A DNA stretch of 64,000 bases from Takakia lepidozioides (lineage: Eukaryota; Plantae; Bryophyta). Below are positions 1 to 13,360 of this stretch, in pieces. Location: assembly GCA_030704615.1 (NCBI GenBank), contig CM060732.1, forward strand, positions 69,564,001-69,628,000. Direction: 5' to 3'. The notes under the pieces are model-generated. The model was not told where the DNA came from. It was given only the letters and a program-made list of their open reading frames with translations, and did no database searches. The position numbers and the translations under genes were made by a program. Numbering within the stretch: position 1 is the stretch's first letter; every line of letters starts with the position of its first letter.

Positions 1-1659
1 GTATGGTTTGTTGGGCTAGATACTGCAATGCTGATAGATAAATTCCATGTGCATGGGAAATGAGTTGGACCAATGTTGTTCAGTGTGACATGGACAGGGT
101 GCTGTTTTGTGGGTCAGCCAAGGTGAAGTTTTGAAGCTGATCTCTGTTTCTTATATGAGAAAATGGATTGTCTTTTGTGTGCAGGATATTCATAAGCAAG
201 GGAAAGAATTGCGTGAGGCAGCAGCACCTATTGGATATCACTAGGCAGATACAGGATCTGGCCCTAGCTAAATTTTGGCAGCCAGCTTTAGGAGTATAAG
301 GGCTTGTTTTCCATGTCTTTGAAGTGGCCGCTGCCAACCACTGTAACAGGTAGGAACTAGGAACCTCTAAAGGTAGAGAAGATAGTAGTAGCTACCATCT
401 CATACTAGATGTAGATTGCAACTCGTCTTTGTGTGACATCTATGATGGAGTAGACTTGGCCCAAGTATGAACAGAGCAGGCTCGTTGGATGAGCATGGTA
501 AATTGAAAGACACTTACCTCAGCTTCATACCTCCAACCTATTTGTCTGCCTTTTGGTGTCAGACTCACGAGTAGAGTTTATTTCGTCTGGTCATCTGTTG
601 CAGCTGCTAGCCAAGCCCTCAATAGCCAGAGTTCACATCTCCACACCCCACTCCTTTACAGGTAGAAACACCACTGAAAATCCTGATTACTAACCAAGTC
701 GCCTGCCTCTCAGCTCCTAAATATTCTCTTCTATGGCATATCTGCCACAAGCTTGTGTTTGGACATCATGTCATGATGACAATGGGGAATAGGGAACTTA
801 GTCTCTCGTGATGACAAACAGAGTAGGTAAACAATACACCATTAAATATCACTGCACAGTTTCAAACAAATTGGGTTGTCCTGAGGATCGCATCAGAGCA
901 GCTCTAAGTGGAAATTAGGAAATACCTACAGAGGACAGAGTCATCCACAATGAGAATCCAGATCGCAATTCTTGCAACACATTCGTAATTCAACCTCAGA
1001 AGCTTCTATTTTCGCATCCCACCACCTCTCTTTCGCAGGAAATTCACAATAGTAACGGCCGAAAGTGGGACTAGAACGTTGGTTCACAGATCCCTTCCAA
1101 GCTGCTCCCTGAAGACGCATAAGATCCCAAATGCTGCATTCCCACATCAAACCTCTTCATGATCGCTTGACCGATCTCACCGTCTCGCCTCTACTTGTGC
1201 AGCAACCGATGCAAGATCCAAAAAAATACACCAAAGCTCACGTGCAGTTTAGCTGCAGGCGAGCTGCGCGTCACAAGCGGATACTTCGATTCTGGAAGCA
1301 GAATGAGAAAATACAGCTGCAGCAAGTAGCCACACAGAAGAAAAGCCAAACAAGTTTCCTTTGCAAACATGGAATCAAGTTGTCACATGCATTCCCGACG
1401 CTGCTTCCTCGCACTCACTCCATCGAAAACCCCCGCAACCCCATTCCTCACACACACTCTTGAAACTCATTCCTGCATCATCACAAACCCTTCCTCCTCT
1501 TCTTCGAAAGCAGAGAGAGAGAGAACGTTGTGCTGAACGCTTGGGTACCGGAAATCACCGGTGGACCGGTGTTTCTGATGAAATGAGACTGAAATTACTA
1601 TAATTTATAAACTATATATAATTATAATCGCTGCAATCCATTCAAAAGTGGGAAACAAA

Positions 1660-1748
1660 GCACGGGATTGGCGCAGAGGGATATCGCGGGAGCGTCTTAT
1701 CCGACCCTCGTCTCTCTCTCTCTCTCTGTCCCTCGCTTGTCTCTCTTC
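1660..1748 (+). promoter_or_regulatory. PsaD promoter/5'UTR elements: reverse CCAAT (gattgg), reverse I-box-like (cttatc) and (CT)n tract
   Basis: Motifs typical of light-regulated photosynthesis genes directly upstream of the ATG. They are short, so chance matches are possible. Confidence 0.4.
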
Positions 1749-1831
1749 GTGTGCTTCACACGAGCTCGTCGACTCTAGCCCTGCTCCCCTTCCTTCTCTC
1801 GCGTCCACAACAGCTGCATTCTGAAGGTGCA

Positions 1832-2567
1832 ATGGCGGCTCTGGCAACGGCTTCAGCAGCGGCTGTAGCGGTGGCCGCACCGGCCGCCGCATCAGCCAGC
1901 ATAAGGGAGAAGAACGTGCAGCTGAGGATGTTCTCTCTTCAGGGACAGAAACTGCAAACCGTATGCAATGGTGCCCGCGTTTCGATGGCTACTGCCGAGG
2001 CTCCTGCTGGATTCACTCCCCCGGAGCTGAAGACAGACACACCTTCCCCAATCTTCGGTGGCAGCACCGGCGGATTGCTTCGCAAGGCGCAGGTGGAGGA
2101 ATTTTATGTCATTACATGGGAGTCCCCGAAGGAGCAAATCTTTGAGTTGCCTACCGGTGGGTATTGTGTCTGTATTTTCAATGAAGTGTTGTGCATTGTT
2201 TTGCAGCTTGAAGTCTGTGTTGTGGCAGACCTTATGTTTCTCCGGATGTTTCACTTTTGGAATTGCCCCGCCGCCGTGTGCAGGAGGAGCTGCCATCATG
2301 AGGTCAGGGCCGAACTTGCTGAAACTGGCCAGGAAAGAGCAGTGCTTGGCTCTTGGAACCAGATTGAGAACTAAGTTCAAGATCCAGTATCAATTCTATC
2401 GTGTCTTCCCCAATGGTGAGGTGCAATATCTTCATCCCAAGGACGGTGTGTACCCCGAGAAGGTGAATGCTGGCAGGAAGGGAGTTGGAATCAACGACCG
2501 TTCTATTGGAAAGAATGTCAATCCAGCTGAGATCAAGTTTACTGGGAAGCCATCCTTTGACTTGTAG
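1832..2567 (+). CDS. PsaD: Photosystem I reaction centre subunit II (PsaD), nuclear-encoded with chloroplast transit peptide; exons 1832-2156 and 2284-2567
   Basis: Ala-rich transit peptide, then [27 protein letters not shown]...EQIFELPTG|[28 protein letters not shown]...[29 protein letters not shown] intron (2157-2283) restores the frame. Confidence 0.97.
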
Positions 2568-3895
2568 ATAGGAGACTGTTTTGTATAGCTAATGATCAAT
2601 TTCAACCTTCCCCTCAATGTTATTTGGATGTTTCCTGCCCAATAGAAAATGGTTCACAGCTCACAAATTCCTCTGTTGGTTAAAGTGGAGTGCTATGGAT
2701 TTTCTCCTCTTCAGCTGGTCATCCTTCAGTTAAGCTTGCGTGTAATGCCGAGAAGGTAAGGTACTTTACCCTATCGTTGTCCAACACTTCCTGTCGTGTC
2801 CCACTTAATTGTTTCTTCCAGCCAAGCCAGTTGTGACAGGCACTTCAAGAGATTACGGCAACGCACGGTGAGCATGTAAATCGGTGTACTGAACGCATTA
2901 TGTAGTAAACATCCCACAGCGTGACTTGATCTTCAGAGTGCACCATTGCAAGTTGCTGCGTGGCTTTATGAACAATTTGAATGGAGAACGTGTGCTTCAT
3001 TGCTGGGCCTTCTGACTGTGCGTTGGGATTTCAGAACTTCACAACCCTGTCAAACTTATGTCTACTCTTCTCAGGATCCTCTTCCATCGATCTGAAGTGG
3101 TCTCACAGATAGAGGTCACATAAAGAGTCGAAGACTTATGCAATCGTCGTGGAAGTAATGCCCAACTCTCTCTTCTTGTTTGCTGCATAATAATATTACT
3201 AAAAGCTAACACTGATCGAACTGCAATTTTCTCACATGATTAACGACATAGATTTAAATCTGGAAGTCAACACCAAACACAGTACAGCTTCCTTCCAACA
3301 TTTGGATTGGTTGTCACATGTACTAAAAAGTGTACACTTCAGGAGAAAATTATAATATGCAGCCATACTTCCCAACCTATTCTTTGTTTTAGAGATGTCA
3401 CATTTGCTACAAAAAATGCTCTTGCAGATACGAACAATATTTCACAGATCATCCAACATATTGCATGCATAGATATACCTCCCATACAAGAAAGTCATAG
3501 ATGTAGACTTGCTGAAAGTATTACTCTTCCATAGAGTGATTTATTTGAAGGCACAAACAAGAAACATTCTCCCACAGATCATCGTACATGGTAAAGGTTC
3601 AAATTTCATACGTGCAAAACCTTCAGTCTATCATGGTTCATCCAACTCCAAGCAATCTACCAGTACCCCCTTGAACCCACTTACCCTGTTTCTCTAGCAT
3701 TCGGTAACAGAACCCTCCACAAAACAAGTGGGCGGGACCAAGAGCCAACAACAAACACCAAATCACATACTGGCTACTAGCAAAACCCGCAGACGGCAGT
3801 CTCGGAGAAACTTTCTACTCTTTTTCTACATCCTCAGAATTTGACAGTTCAAGTTTAAGTGATGATGAAAAGCAGTGCATAACCCTTTCGGGATG

Positions 3896-6800
3896 TTAAG
3901 CAGACCGTGGAGGTGAGTTGAATCCTTCCCCAGAAGTCCGGGCTCGCCTGCAAAATAAGCCAAGATCACTAAGTCAAGACGCAAGGGTAGAAAAATACTG
4001 ACAAATGGTCTATCTTGCTGACCATGTTCTGCATCAATGTATCCCACCTAAGCAAACACAAATTGGACATTATCCTGACTATACCCAGTACCCACACATG
4101 CTTGACCAATGGGGCCACCTATAGCTATATGATTAAGTCCCTCAATGGGGTCCAAAAGGAGCCTCACCAATTGTCTTGGATAGGAGAACCCTCAACATGC
4201 ACCTCCCCTTGCCGTGCCCGGGGAATCTCTGGGGTTCTTGAGGGTGTACGCCCAACTGGGGTAGGGGATCGTTGCCTCCTGGAATGGGGGGGAGATGACC
4301 GAGGATAGGCCCGAGAGTTCTGCTGAGGTGGTGGCGAGCGAGAAGGTGATCTGCTAAGCACCGTATTTGACCTTGTTACTGAGCAACTTTCCGCATTCTC
4401 TATGTGACAGGAGCAAAACGAGGGAGGAAAGAAAAAGTGCAACAGATGGACACATAGATGAGTCAAAGATCTACAATATTTTGAGAGAACTCCCAAATAT
4501 ATCTGAAGGCAGTAGGACATGATCCTCCTAAAGTGCAGATTGATGAATTTACCGTGAGGCACGGCGGCCTTTACTGTACGAAGAAGGCCTCACATCTCTG
4601 GACCGCCGACGCACAGGTGGGGGGGACCTTCGAGCAGGTGGAGGTGATCGAACTTGCTCCCTTCTACTATGGTTTCTGACAGGAGAGGGTGACCTGGAGT
4701 GGAAGTCACGGCGACGCACAGGAGATGGAGTGAACGAACGGCGATGGCCCCGATCTGCTGGAGAGTATGAGCTGTACACATTCAAATCCACAATGACAAT
4801 TTTTGAGTTTTCTTTCCGCTTGATTGAACAACAAATACTTAAAGAGTGTTTGAAGAAATATCCCTTCAGTGAAATGGTTTAGTCACTTCACCTACGATAT
4901 CTTTGCACTAATCAGTTCAGCTCATTTACCAGGCCTTCCTCAGGCAACTCAGTGACGTAACTCCAGGAACTGACATGTTTACTGCAGCAATTAGAATAGC
5001 CCAACATGTGGAAGAAGTTGCCTCATTATTACATCTGTATGTCCATCCCTCACAGGCTCTTGCATGCATCAGTACATAACCAGCCTTTGTTGGATTAACA
5101 GAGCTACCAGCAGCTTTAGTTTCAAATAAAATGACTCCCCATCTCCATGGCGGCAGAGTCTTGACAAGATTTGGAGCTTACTTAGAATGGCGACCACGTT
5201 TCGGGGAAGGGGAGTAGTCTCTTGGAGAGCGTGAGCGCGAATCTGTACACAAACAGTGAAGCTGATCGCAAGTTGGTGACCCACAAATACAAAATCTCAG
5301 ATGATAATCTACGACTAATCGTGCCTGGCAAAAGAACATGGATTTTTGTGCAACAAAATGTAGATATCAGGAAGAACTGTCTGTTCCATTAGAATCACGT
5401 GCACGAAGAAACAGTGATCACCATGATGGGAAGATCTATGACGTCCTCCATATCCAGGGCGGCCCCTGCATACCCGCCAGATATCCCTCGTGAAATCAAT
5501 CGCAGGAGCATCTTCTGCAATGTGGCAACTAAAGAGCACAGCTAGCACACTTTGAAGATTACAAATGAAGCCCCACTGTACAAGCCTTCCAACCTTTAAT
5601 GAAGACTTTACTCCAAATACGTGGCTCTTCGTAAGAGCCACACTCAATACAACACTTCTCTATAGAGCCCAATGCAACAGCTAAAATCAACAAATGGATT
5701 TGTCTCTCAAAATAAGATTAGGCAAAGGTGAAAAGAACTAAGTGTCCAACATCAAACCAGAAGATAAAATTAGGAAATATTAGGGATGTATACAATACCT
5801 TACACGCTCTTTTGAGCGCATTTCCTGGGGTTTTTTCCGGTTCTCCTCTGCAAAAACCACAGATACCTCACGTCCAAAAATGAGCTGACGGTCCAGATGG
5901 TATTGTGCTTCTGCAGCATCTGATGGATCCAGAAACTGAACAAATCCAAACCCTCGAGGCTCCCTGCAATGTCCATCAAAACAGTCATGGTCATGATTTC
6001 CATTATAAAGCCCACGAAAGTCTTCCCTGTATTGCACAACTAGAGACACACTTGCATTTTTAGTTCAGATAACAGGAAAGAACAAGGAATCAAATATGAA
6101 GCATGCCTGAATAGCAACTCACCTGTTAGATCTATTTTCTAGGAAATTTGGATGCTGGGTAAACTGGCATGGGCAAAAAGGAAAGAAACTGCCTGCAGCC
6201 AGAACCTGATAACCACAGATTCTGTTCCATTACAATCAAAGACTTACCACATCTACACCGGTTCATGACCTACCCTAATCTTAAGTACTAATTATACCAA
6301 GATGACATTTTGCCAAGCAGACTGAGCTAATCAGCACCTAGGAACTTGTGCCATCACCATGTTGTCAACAAGGACAACCGCAACGACACTGGCCATAATT
6401 ATAAGAGGATATACTGGACAGGGAAGATCTCAAGTTGCTGAAACACGTAAGGAATTACACCCCCGATGTACTCTCTGCAGTCTGATATTGATTGATAAAA
6501 GAATGGAAGATTGATTTTTGTTGTGTGGTTCATCACCTACATGAACCCTCTCCAAGCCGCTCAGTTGAAAGTTTTCCCTTTCATGTGCAAGTACAGTAGA
6601 TAGCTGTCCCATTGCATACATGCCTAAGGAATGTGTATTGAGCACACACACACGCAAGCATGCAACAACCAATGCTTTTGGCAGCTGACCTTGTGCCATA
6701 AACAGGCCACTACCGTTGGCATTAGGTGTGAATAAGAAGGAACTTCTTTCTTCTTCCGTTTTCTTCCCACATTCCCTTCCAAAAATTCTCGAGACCTCTG

Positions 6801-8301
6801 GGTGAATGAATGGCCCACTGGACTTGACTTCCAACTTCGACTGCGCTGCCCAAAACACACAAACACTCTTCACACCTTCCACCTCTTCTCTTGGGCCACC
6901 GTGGGACTCTATCTTCTCTTGGAAACCCGTAACTTCTCTATCTCTTCAGGCCTTCTGGAAACTTGTGAATCTTCTGGGGACTGGTCCCCCCGTGTGAACA
7001 TCAGCCTTTATGAAGTCAAAATGTTAGAGCAATCTCTAACAAACCACTTACATGTTTTTCCAATTAACACTTATTGAACACATCTTCCTTTGCTAGTGTG
7101 CCTTCCCCCATAAGCCCACTTACTTCACATCACTGTGGAGCTTCCAAAAGCTCATTGCACTCTTGGGACCCCATAGCCATGCCAGACCAGCAGTTCGGAG
7201 AATACGATGATAATTGTCCTTCAACAGCACAAAGAGCTCATTGCCTACAGGTAAACTGTTTCACCACATTCTACACTAACCGGATTTACACAAGCTTATC
7301 CTTCGAGGATGGACTACAGTAGCTGAAAAAACTATGATCCAACCAATCACCTAAGATTGTCTGTCAAGAACCTGAAGACCCAAGACAAAAATATATGTTA
7401 CCCCTACACAACATGTATCCCTGCGGACACCAGCAATGAATCCCAAAGCAAGAAAAAATGGGAACCAACTGCACTCCCAGCCTGTGCCAGGGATGTTGTT
7501 GCTCAAATTAAAATTCAAGCCTCTGACTTAGCTTACACTAACCACTCACCACCCAACTCCCCAAGAAGAGAACCTTTTTTGTCGTTCATCATTGTATCTC
7601 CTGTTCAAATTGGTGAGTCAAATGTGTGTGTGTGTTTTACCTTTGCATGTCTCTCCCATTTTCCCTCTAAAAGGGGAATACTTGAAACAGAACATCTCTT
7701 AAAGGTATGTGGTGTAATGGCAGCCTGAGGTCAATCCAGTGAAGAGTGAAACTGTTTTATACACCAAGTTTGATATATGACAACACATAACTCAAACACT
7801 TACTCGGAATAGTCATACAGCCATTTCCCCTGCGTCCCTGAGGAACTCACCCGGTATGAAAGTCCTTAGGCAGGTAGACGTCCCTAACGACGCCATACTG
7901 CTCAAACGGTAGACGCAGATCATCGGCCCTGTACACACAGCAACTAGCCACGTTCACTGCGATTGCACACATTATTTCGTCACCGCTACACAGGAAACAT
8001 GCATGTGTGTGGGAAAATACATGAAGTTTAATCCTCATCGCAAATGAGATTTTCGATAAAAATGGAGAAACTATCATTGCATCCCAAATGTGAGAAGCTA
8101 TGGAGTGAGTCATTATCTGTCAGGAATAGAATACATAGCACAGACCGTCCAGACATACCTGCAGATTCGAGCAACATTGCGAACCAAAAGACTGGTAGGG
8201 AGCTCTTCCCGCCTTGCGCTCCGGCCTCGAGGACTAGGGCTGCGTCGCCGACCCCGGGAGCTCCTCCGTGGAGGGCTGTAGCTAGGACTGCGATGCCTCA
8301 T
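3896..8301 (-). CDS. SCL: SC35-like (SCL subfamily) serine/arginine-rich splicing factor; coding exons 8159-8301, 7851-7928, 5799-5963, 5422-5465, 5182-5242, 4553-4771, 4168-4350, 3896-3947
   Basis: N-terminal RS/SP stretch, then RRM PTSLLVRNVARICR|ADDLRLPFEQYGVVRDVYLPKDFHTG|EPRGFGFVQFLDPSDAAEAQYHLD...VVFAEENRKKPQEMR, then an RS-rich tail. All junctions are GT..AG with consistent phases. Confidence 0.93.
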
Positions 8302-11300
8302 GGTCGCTTCTGAGACGAACACAACCCCGCAGTGACATACACCGTCACTTTCAGAAAGAATAACCCGGTGATACAAATGATCATTCGAACAGAAAAAAAG
8401 CGCACACTAGACAGTTTTCTCTCGTAACTTCATTGGAACCTTTACGCTCAAGCTGTTGCATAGAAATGCACAAGAGATACAAAATTTTCAAACAAGCCAA
8501 ATTCTTCAATACCAAGCACACCACAAGCCGGGAAAAACAACTACTCACATATACCAGAGCACCGCAAAGTCGGGCAGGAATCCTACAGAGACGAGTTGAG
8601 CTCGAGATGTTAGTGCTGTGGTGCACAAGGAGAGGTGCCAACAGCCGCTGTCCACGAGATCGGTCTTTCTTCGGAGGATAAGGTTTTCCGCGCAGCACCT
8701 CCAGTCACCGCCACACAACAAACCTAACCCTAACATACAGTAACCTTACAAAACCCTAACACCGCCCAAATCCCAGTTTCTAGATCATTCTATTCATGGG
8801 CTGCCCAAAGATGTTTGAGCTGCCCGATTGTGTTTTCTCCTACAAGTCACAAATAAGACCCTTGGGAAAGGTAGCTTCATATCAACTTCTTCGTGACTCT
8901 GGTTTTGAGACTACAGTACTTTCAGTCTGCTTCTTTGGCCCTCAGCATAGACTTCCTGGATCAGCCTCTATGGCACCCTTGGAAGAGGTTTTTTTTCCTC
9001 TTTGTACTTCTTGCACGTTTCGTCCCGTGCTATAAAGTTTCAGGGCTACTACCGTCCTTGGACAATTAATTACGCGTTCTGGCAATTTTTCAGATTTGGC
9101 CTAATTGTTTGGAAACTATGGGACCAAAGTGCCTAATGCCTAAAAGTTGCAGCAAAAAACTTTCAAGCCTCTTCTCATGTTGTTTGTAATAAGATGAAAA
9201 TTTCATTGAACAAAAATCAATACAAATATATGCGTGCGGAAGTTACTTCCTAGAAATCCCAATGTATTTGCGAGAGCTCCATGTAACTTCGAAAGGCCCC
9301 AGCATGGACCGGACAATGTCATCATATTCATCCTCCTCACTAATCTCCATCTACCTTGTCCACCACATTGAGATCAGGGATATCCTCATTTTCAATGTGC
9401 AGATTTGCAAGACATCTACACATAGACATTGGGTTTCTATTTTGTATTTTTATTCCTAAAAAAATAAATGTTTTCTCTTCTCATGTGCCTAATTCAAAAG
9501 ACTTATAGCATGAAGATGCCTAATGTGAGAAATGGTTTGAGAAACGTGCCTAAGCCGTCTGTTTGGTTTAAATAATTATTAGGCGCAAAAATGCCGGTAT
9601 CCCCTCTCTTTAAAAAATAAAAATAAAAAATTATATTCTTAAGACAATAATTCGCCTAAGGATTGTTCCTTTCCTCTACAAAACTATACCATACTTTTGT
9701 CATTGTTCAACAGACATGTGCGCTAACAATTTTATCATAAAATTATATACATCAATTTTCAGGGCCTCTGTCCCATGTTTTCTAATAACACCAAAAAATA
9801 AATAAATAATGATATACAATATCTTGCATTGCAATCGATGCGAACAAGGTTCCTTGGCGTGAGTGAGCCAGAGTCCATTTCCTTATCTTTCTCATTTCTT
9901 ATTTGTATGGAAATTCTGTTTTTTCCTTTTTTCCAAAATTACCACAGGGGCCACATGTAAATTCCACCCAGCATTCGTGTAGCGAGAATAATGAGGTGGA
10001 ACGGTTTAAGAAATTGACTACATAACAGGTGACATGTTCCAATAGGTCTACAAAGGCAAAGTCAGCCTCCACATATCCGATGAATTTTTTGATTTTGGTA
10101 AGTTCCTCTGGGCTATATCCGTGACATCACCCCCTCCTCTAGCGCCGAGTTCTTCAAGAAGCGGTAAAATCTTGGACTTGCTTAGAATTGGAGAAAATCC
10201 AAATTCCGGCAAATGGTACTTGCCAAGTATTCGGCTCTTCGTTCTTGACTCAAATGATTTATAGGTCCCTGCAACCATCAATAGTGTCCAACACCTTGAA
10301 CTTGGGACCACACAGTGATTTGAGCATTCTGATTTTCGAAGCTGCCTTCAAACATGATTTCGTTGCCCTCTAGGTTCGAAGCATCAACCTCCAACAGGAT
10401 TATCAGACTTCGAGTAGGCTCAACTTACCGTCGTACGGGGTCCAGACGATGAAGTACGTGTCGCATTGGTGGCCTATCCGAGTGCGTCGGCGTGATGTTG
10501 AAGGTCGTGAGAGTCGAAACGGCTGATCTGGTAGTTGGGTAAGTGACAGCTTCAATGTATCTAGTTCTTGTGACTCCATGCTGCCAATACAACATGCGAA
10601 AGTGCTGGAAGTGTAGCTATATAGACTGATGGGTTGTGCTCCTCCTTCCTTAGCGTGTATCACGTACACTGAATGTAGAGTCTTCACCTTGAAGCTAACT
10701 TGACTGACATCATCGAAGTGATGTTTTATTGACGTGTGGCTCGAGGCTTAGCTGGATATCGTAGATGAAACTCTTAGACTTTGTCAAATGCATTGGTGAG
10801 GTTGGATGAAGGTTCTCACATTCGTTCGCTGATGTCGTAGCCTTTTCAATGTACAAAATATTCACCCATAATTTGCATGCTCACACCAAAATGTTATGTC
10901 AACGGTTAATGGACAGAAGTCTAACTTCTATGACATAGACCAAGGTGTGGCTCGAGGATATACCACCTCCCCCTTTCATGTTGAATTATTCAAGTAAGCT
11001 AATTGGGTGGATGCAACTCACATGTATGCTGAGTACAGGAGCCTCGTGGATGTAGCAGGAAGCAACAGCAGCAATTGTACACTTGATAAAATCGGGTACC
11101 CTCATCTTCAATACATTTCAGCCTGTTCTGTCATCTTTTCAGAGTAGTCCATAATTGTCCAGCGAAGGGGAGGATGTATATGGATTATGGGTGTTGTGGT
11201 AGGGATAGCTAAAGGGGCACACAAAGTAGGGCTGGTTCTGTTTTCAGTGCACATGGTGCTACTTACAAAAGTATTCAATCAGAAATACAGGGTGATGAAC

Positions 11301-11499
11301 TTGTGCCCTTTAAACTATGTTTTGAGGAGCTAGATTCTGGGACAACAGCGCTATTTTGTAAATCTGACTGACAGTTGTTTAAGATAATCTCTTTTTACAT
11401 CTGCTGTTGGCTTCAGTGTCTCTGTTATGTCATTTGCACTTTGTCACTTTGTTCTTTCTTGTGAATGATGGTGTGTTATGATTTTCCAAATAATATTAA

Positions 11500-12080
11500 A
11501 AACCAAATTCTCAAACAACTAATTTGATGTCACGCGTCCAACCCAACAAACCACTTTACAGTAGACACCATGACTACACTAACATCGCATCATACATTGA
11601 CATGTGTCATATCCTTGGAAAAACACATGGCAACGAGCTCATACAGGCATAGTCATAGGAATGACTTTAAATACATTTAAAATTTAAAATAAACTAATTA
11701 TACGATGCCACGGGTCCAAATATCAACATGTTGGTAATCAAGATAATGACTGCAAGGCCTCCTCATAATATGTCACGTGTCAATTTTTTGAGATGTCATA
11801 TGGCGCACATCCACGAAAACCTCCTGGACTTATTAAAAAGAGACACGTGTACAGTTTGCAGCAGCACACTAAGTCATGTATGGTAGAAGTACATATGAAT
11901 GCCAAATGACAGTAAGATGTATCACTTGGTTTATCTTACTGTAGTCATACGTGACCGACCATCATGTACTCATTGTATTCACTTGGTTTGCACGACTTAA
12001 AGTCATTGCAGTCATATATACCGTTTATGACTACGGGATAGTCATATATACAGTCATATATACCGCGATCTGTTGTAGTG
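11500..12080. mobile_element. One end of a CACTA (En/Spm)-type element with subterminal repeats
   Basis: Ends tgttgtagtg (reverse complement CACTACAACA), preceded by direct and inverted copies of agtcatatata(ccg). It abuts and truncates the ParB-like exon. The other end was not found; the left boundary is approximate. Confidence 0.55.
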
Positions 12081-12515
12081 TTCCCTATGAAATTTTTTGT
12101 GGAAGCCTTCTTGGATAGTTTGGCATCAAACTCCCTGTTAACTTCACGTCAACAAGGATCCCAACTTTGCTCAATCTCTTCTAATACAAGGCACTCTTCT
12201 CCATTCATGTCAGTTGTGGAAACATAGAACACCGCAGAACCCTTCACATACCCATGCACAAAATCATTCTTGAGTTTTCTTATGTCATTTTCTGAGTGCT
12301 GGCCGGATAGCGGGCATCGATATCATTCTGCACAGTGGGATAAGGAGATCTCCACCATGAATTTCCATTGACAGGATTACCTTCGAAGAGTTCACCTTCT
12401 GTCCCCCGATAACAGCCTCTGCTTTGTTTGCGTAATGTTCGTCAACGCCTTCTTTATCATCTTCATACTCTGCCTCTGCTCCGTCTCTGACAGGTTCTTT
12501 CTTTTTCCTTTTCCT
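12081..12515 (-). pseudogene. Decayed exon of a ParB/Srx-like gene (sister MULE family)
   Basis: DLLIPLCRMISMPAIRPAL / frameshift / DIRKLKNDFVHGYVKGSAVFYVS aligns with NLKVPLCRMVSLPVVRQALPGDIDRLKHNFREGYRRGSAAFYVS at 53845-53980. Acceptor tttttgcag at ~12516. Confidence 0.8.
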
Positions 12516-12619
12516 CTGCAAAAAACCAGAAGATCTATCAGTCACCAAGTCTGGTATTAAACAAAATGACCGCAAAACATGCAAAGGCATGGCCCAAAAC
12601 AGCCTTGTAACAAATCAAA

Positions 12620-13360
12620 ACGATACTGGACTGCAGCCCAAATCAACCTTGCATTGACGCAATGTTATTTGTGGGGCTTGCAACGGTGGGAATGGAGGCA
12701 AACAGAGACTTCGACAGGACTCCCAATCTACCTTGCGTCAACGCAAGGTTGTTTGGTCAGCTTCAAACGTTGAAAAAGTAGATCAAAATGACACTGGACT
12801 GCAGCCCAAATCAACATTGCGTTGACGCAAGGTTGTTTGTTGGTCTTGCAACGGTGGGAGTGAAGGCAAAAAGATACATTGGCAGGACTCTCAAACTACC
12901 TTGCGTCAATGCAAGGTTGTTTGGTGAGCTTCATCAGTTCAAAAAAAGTAGATCAAATGACACTGGACTGGAGCCCAAATCAACCTTGCGTTGACGCAAG
13001 GTTGTTTCTGCTGGGCTTTCAACGGTGGGAATGGAGTCGAATAGAGACTGTTCAAGGACCCTCAAACTACCTTGCGTCAACGCAAGGTTGTTTGGTGAGC
13101 TTCAGACGTGCAAAAAAATAGATGAAAATGACACTGGATTGTAGCTCAAATCAACCTTGCATCAACGCAAGGTTGTTTGGGGGCCTTGCAACAGTGGGAG
13201 TGAAGGCAAACATAGACATTGGCAGGACTCTGGAAACAACCTTGCATCAACGCAAGGTTGTTCTGTGAGCTTCAAACGTTAAGAAAAAGGAGAGCCGCAA
13301 AACTCAAGTACGCATTCCCGCTAGCAGCAAATCAACCTTGCGTTAATGCAAGGTTGATTG
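12620..13360. repeat. Array of 9 palindromes CAACCTTGCGT(TG/CA)ACGCAAGGTTG at 84-86 bp spacing (~169 bp dimeric unit)
   Basis: Cores at about 12647, 12731, 12815, 12899, 12984, 13070, 13155, 13240 and 13336; perfect copy at 12981-13004. Confidence 0.92.

Noticed and set aside
1-1600. Short ORFs upstream of PsaD
   Set aside because: No recognisable motifs or consistent exon chain.
9000-11500. Short ORFs 10048-10687 as a gene
   Set aside because: No recognisable domain; possibly decayed TE interior, but unsupported.
12620-13360. CRISPR-like array (24-bp palindromic repeats with ~60-bp spacers)
   Set aside because: Spacers are homologous to each other in two alternating types, there are no cas genes, and the context is eukaryotic.
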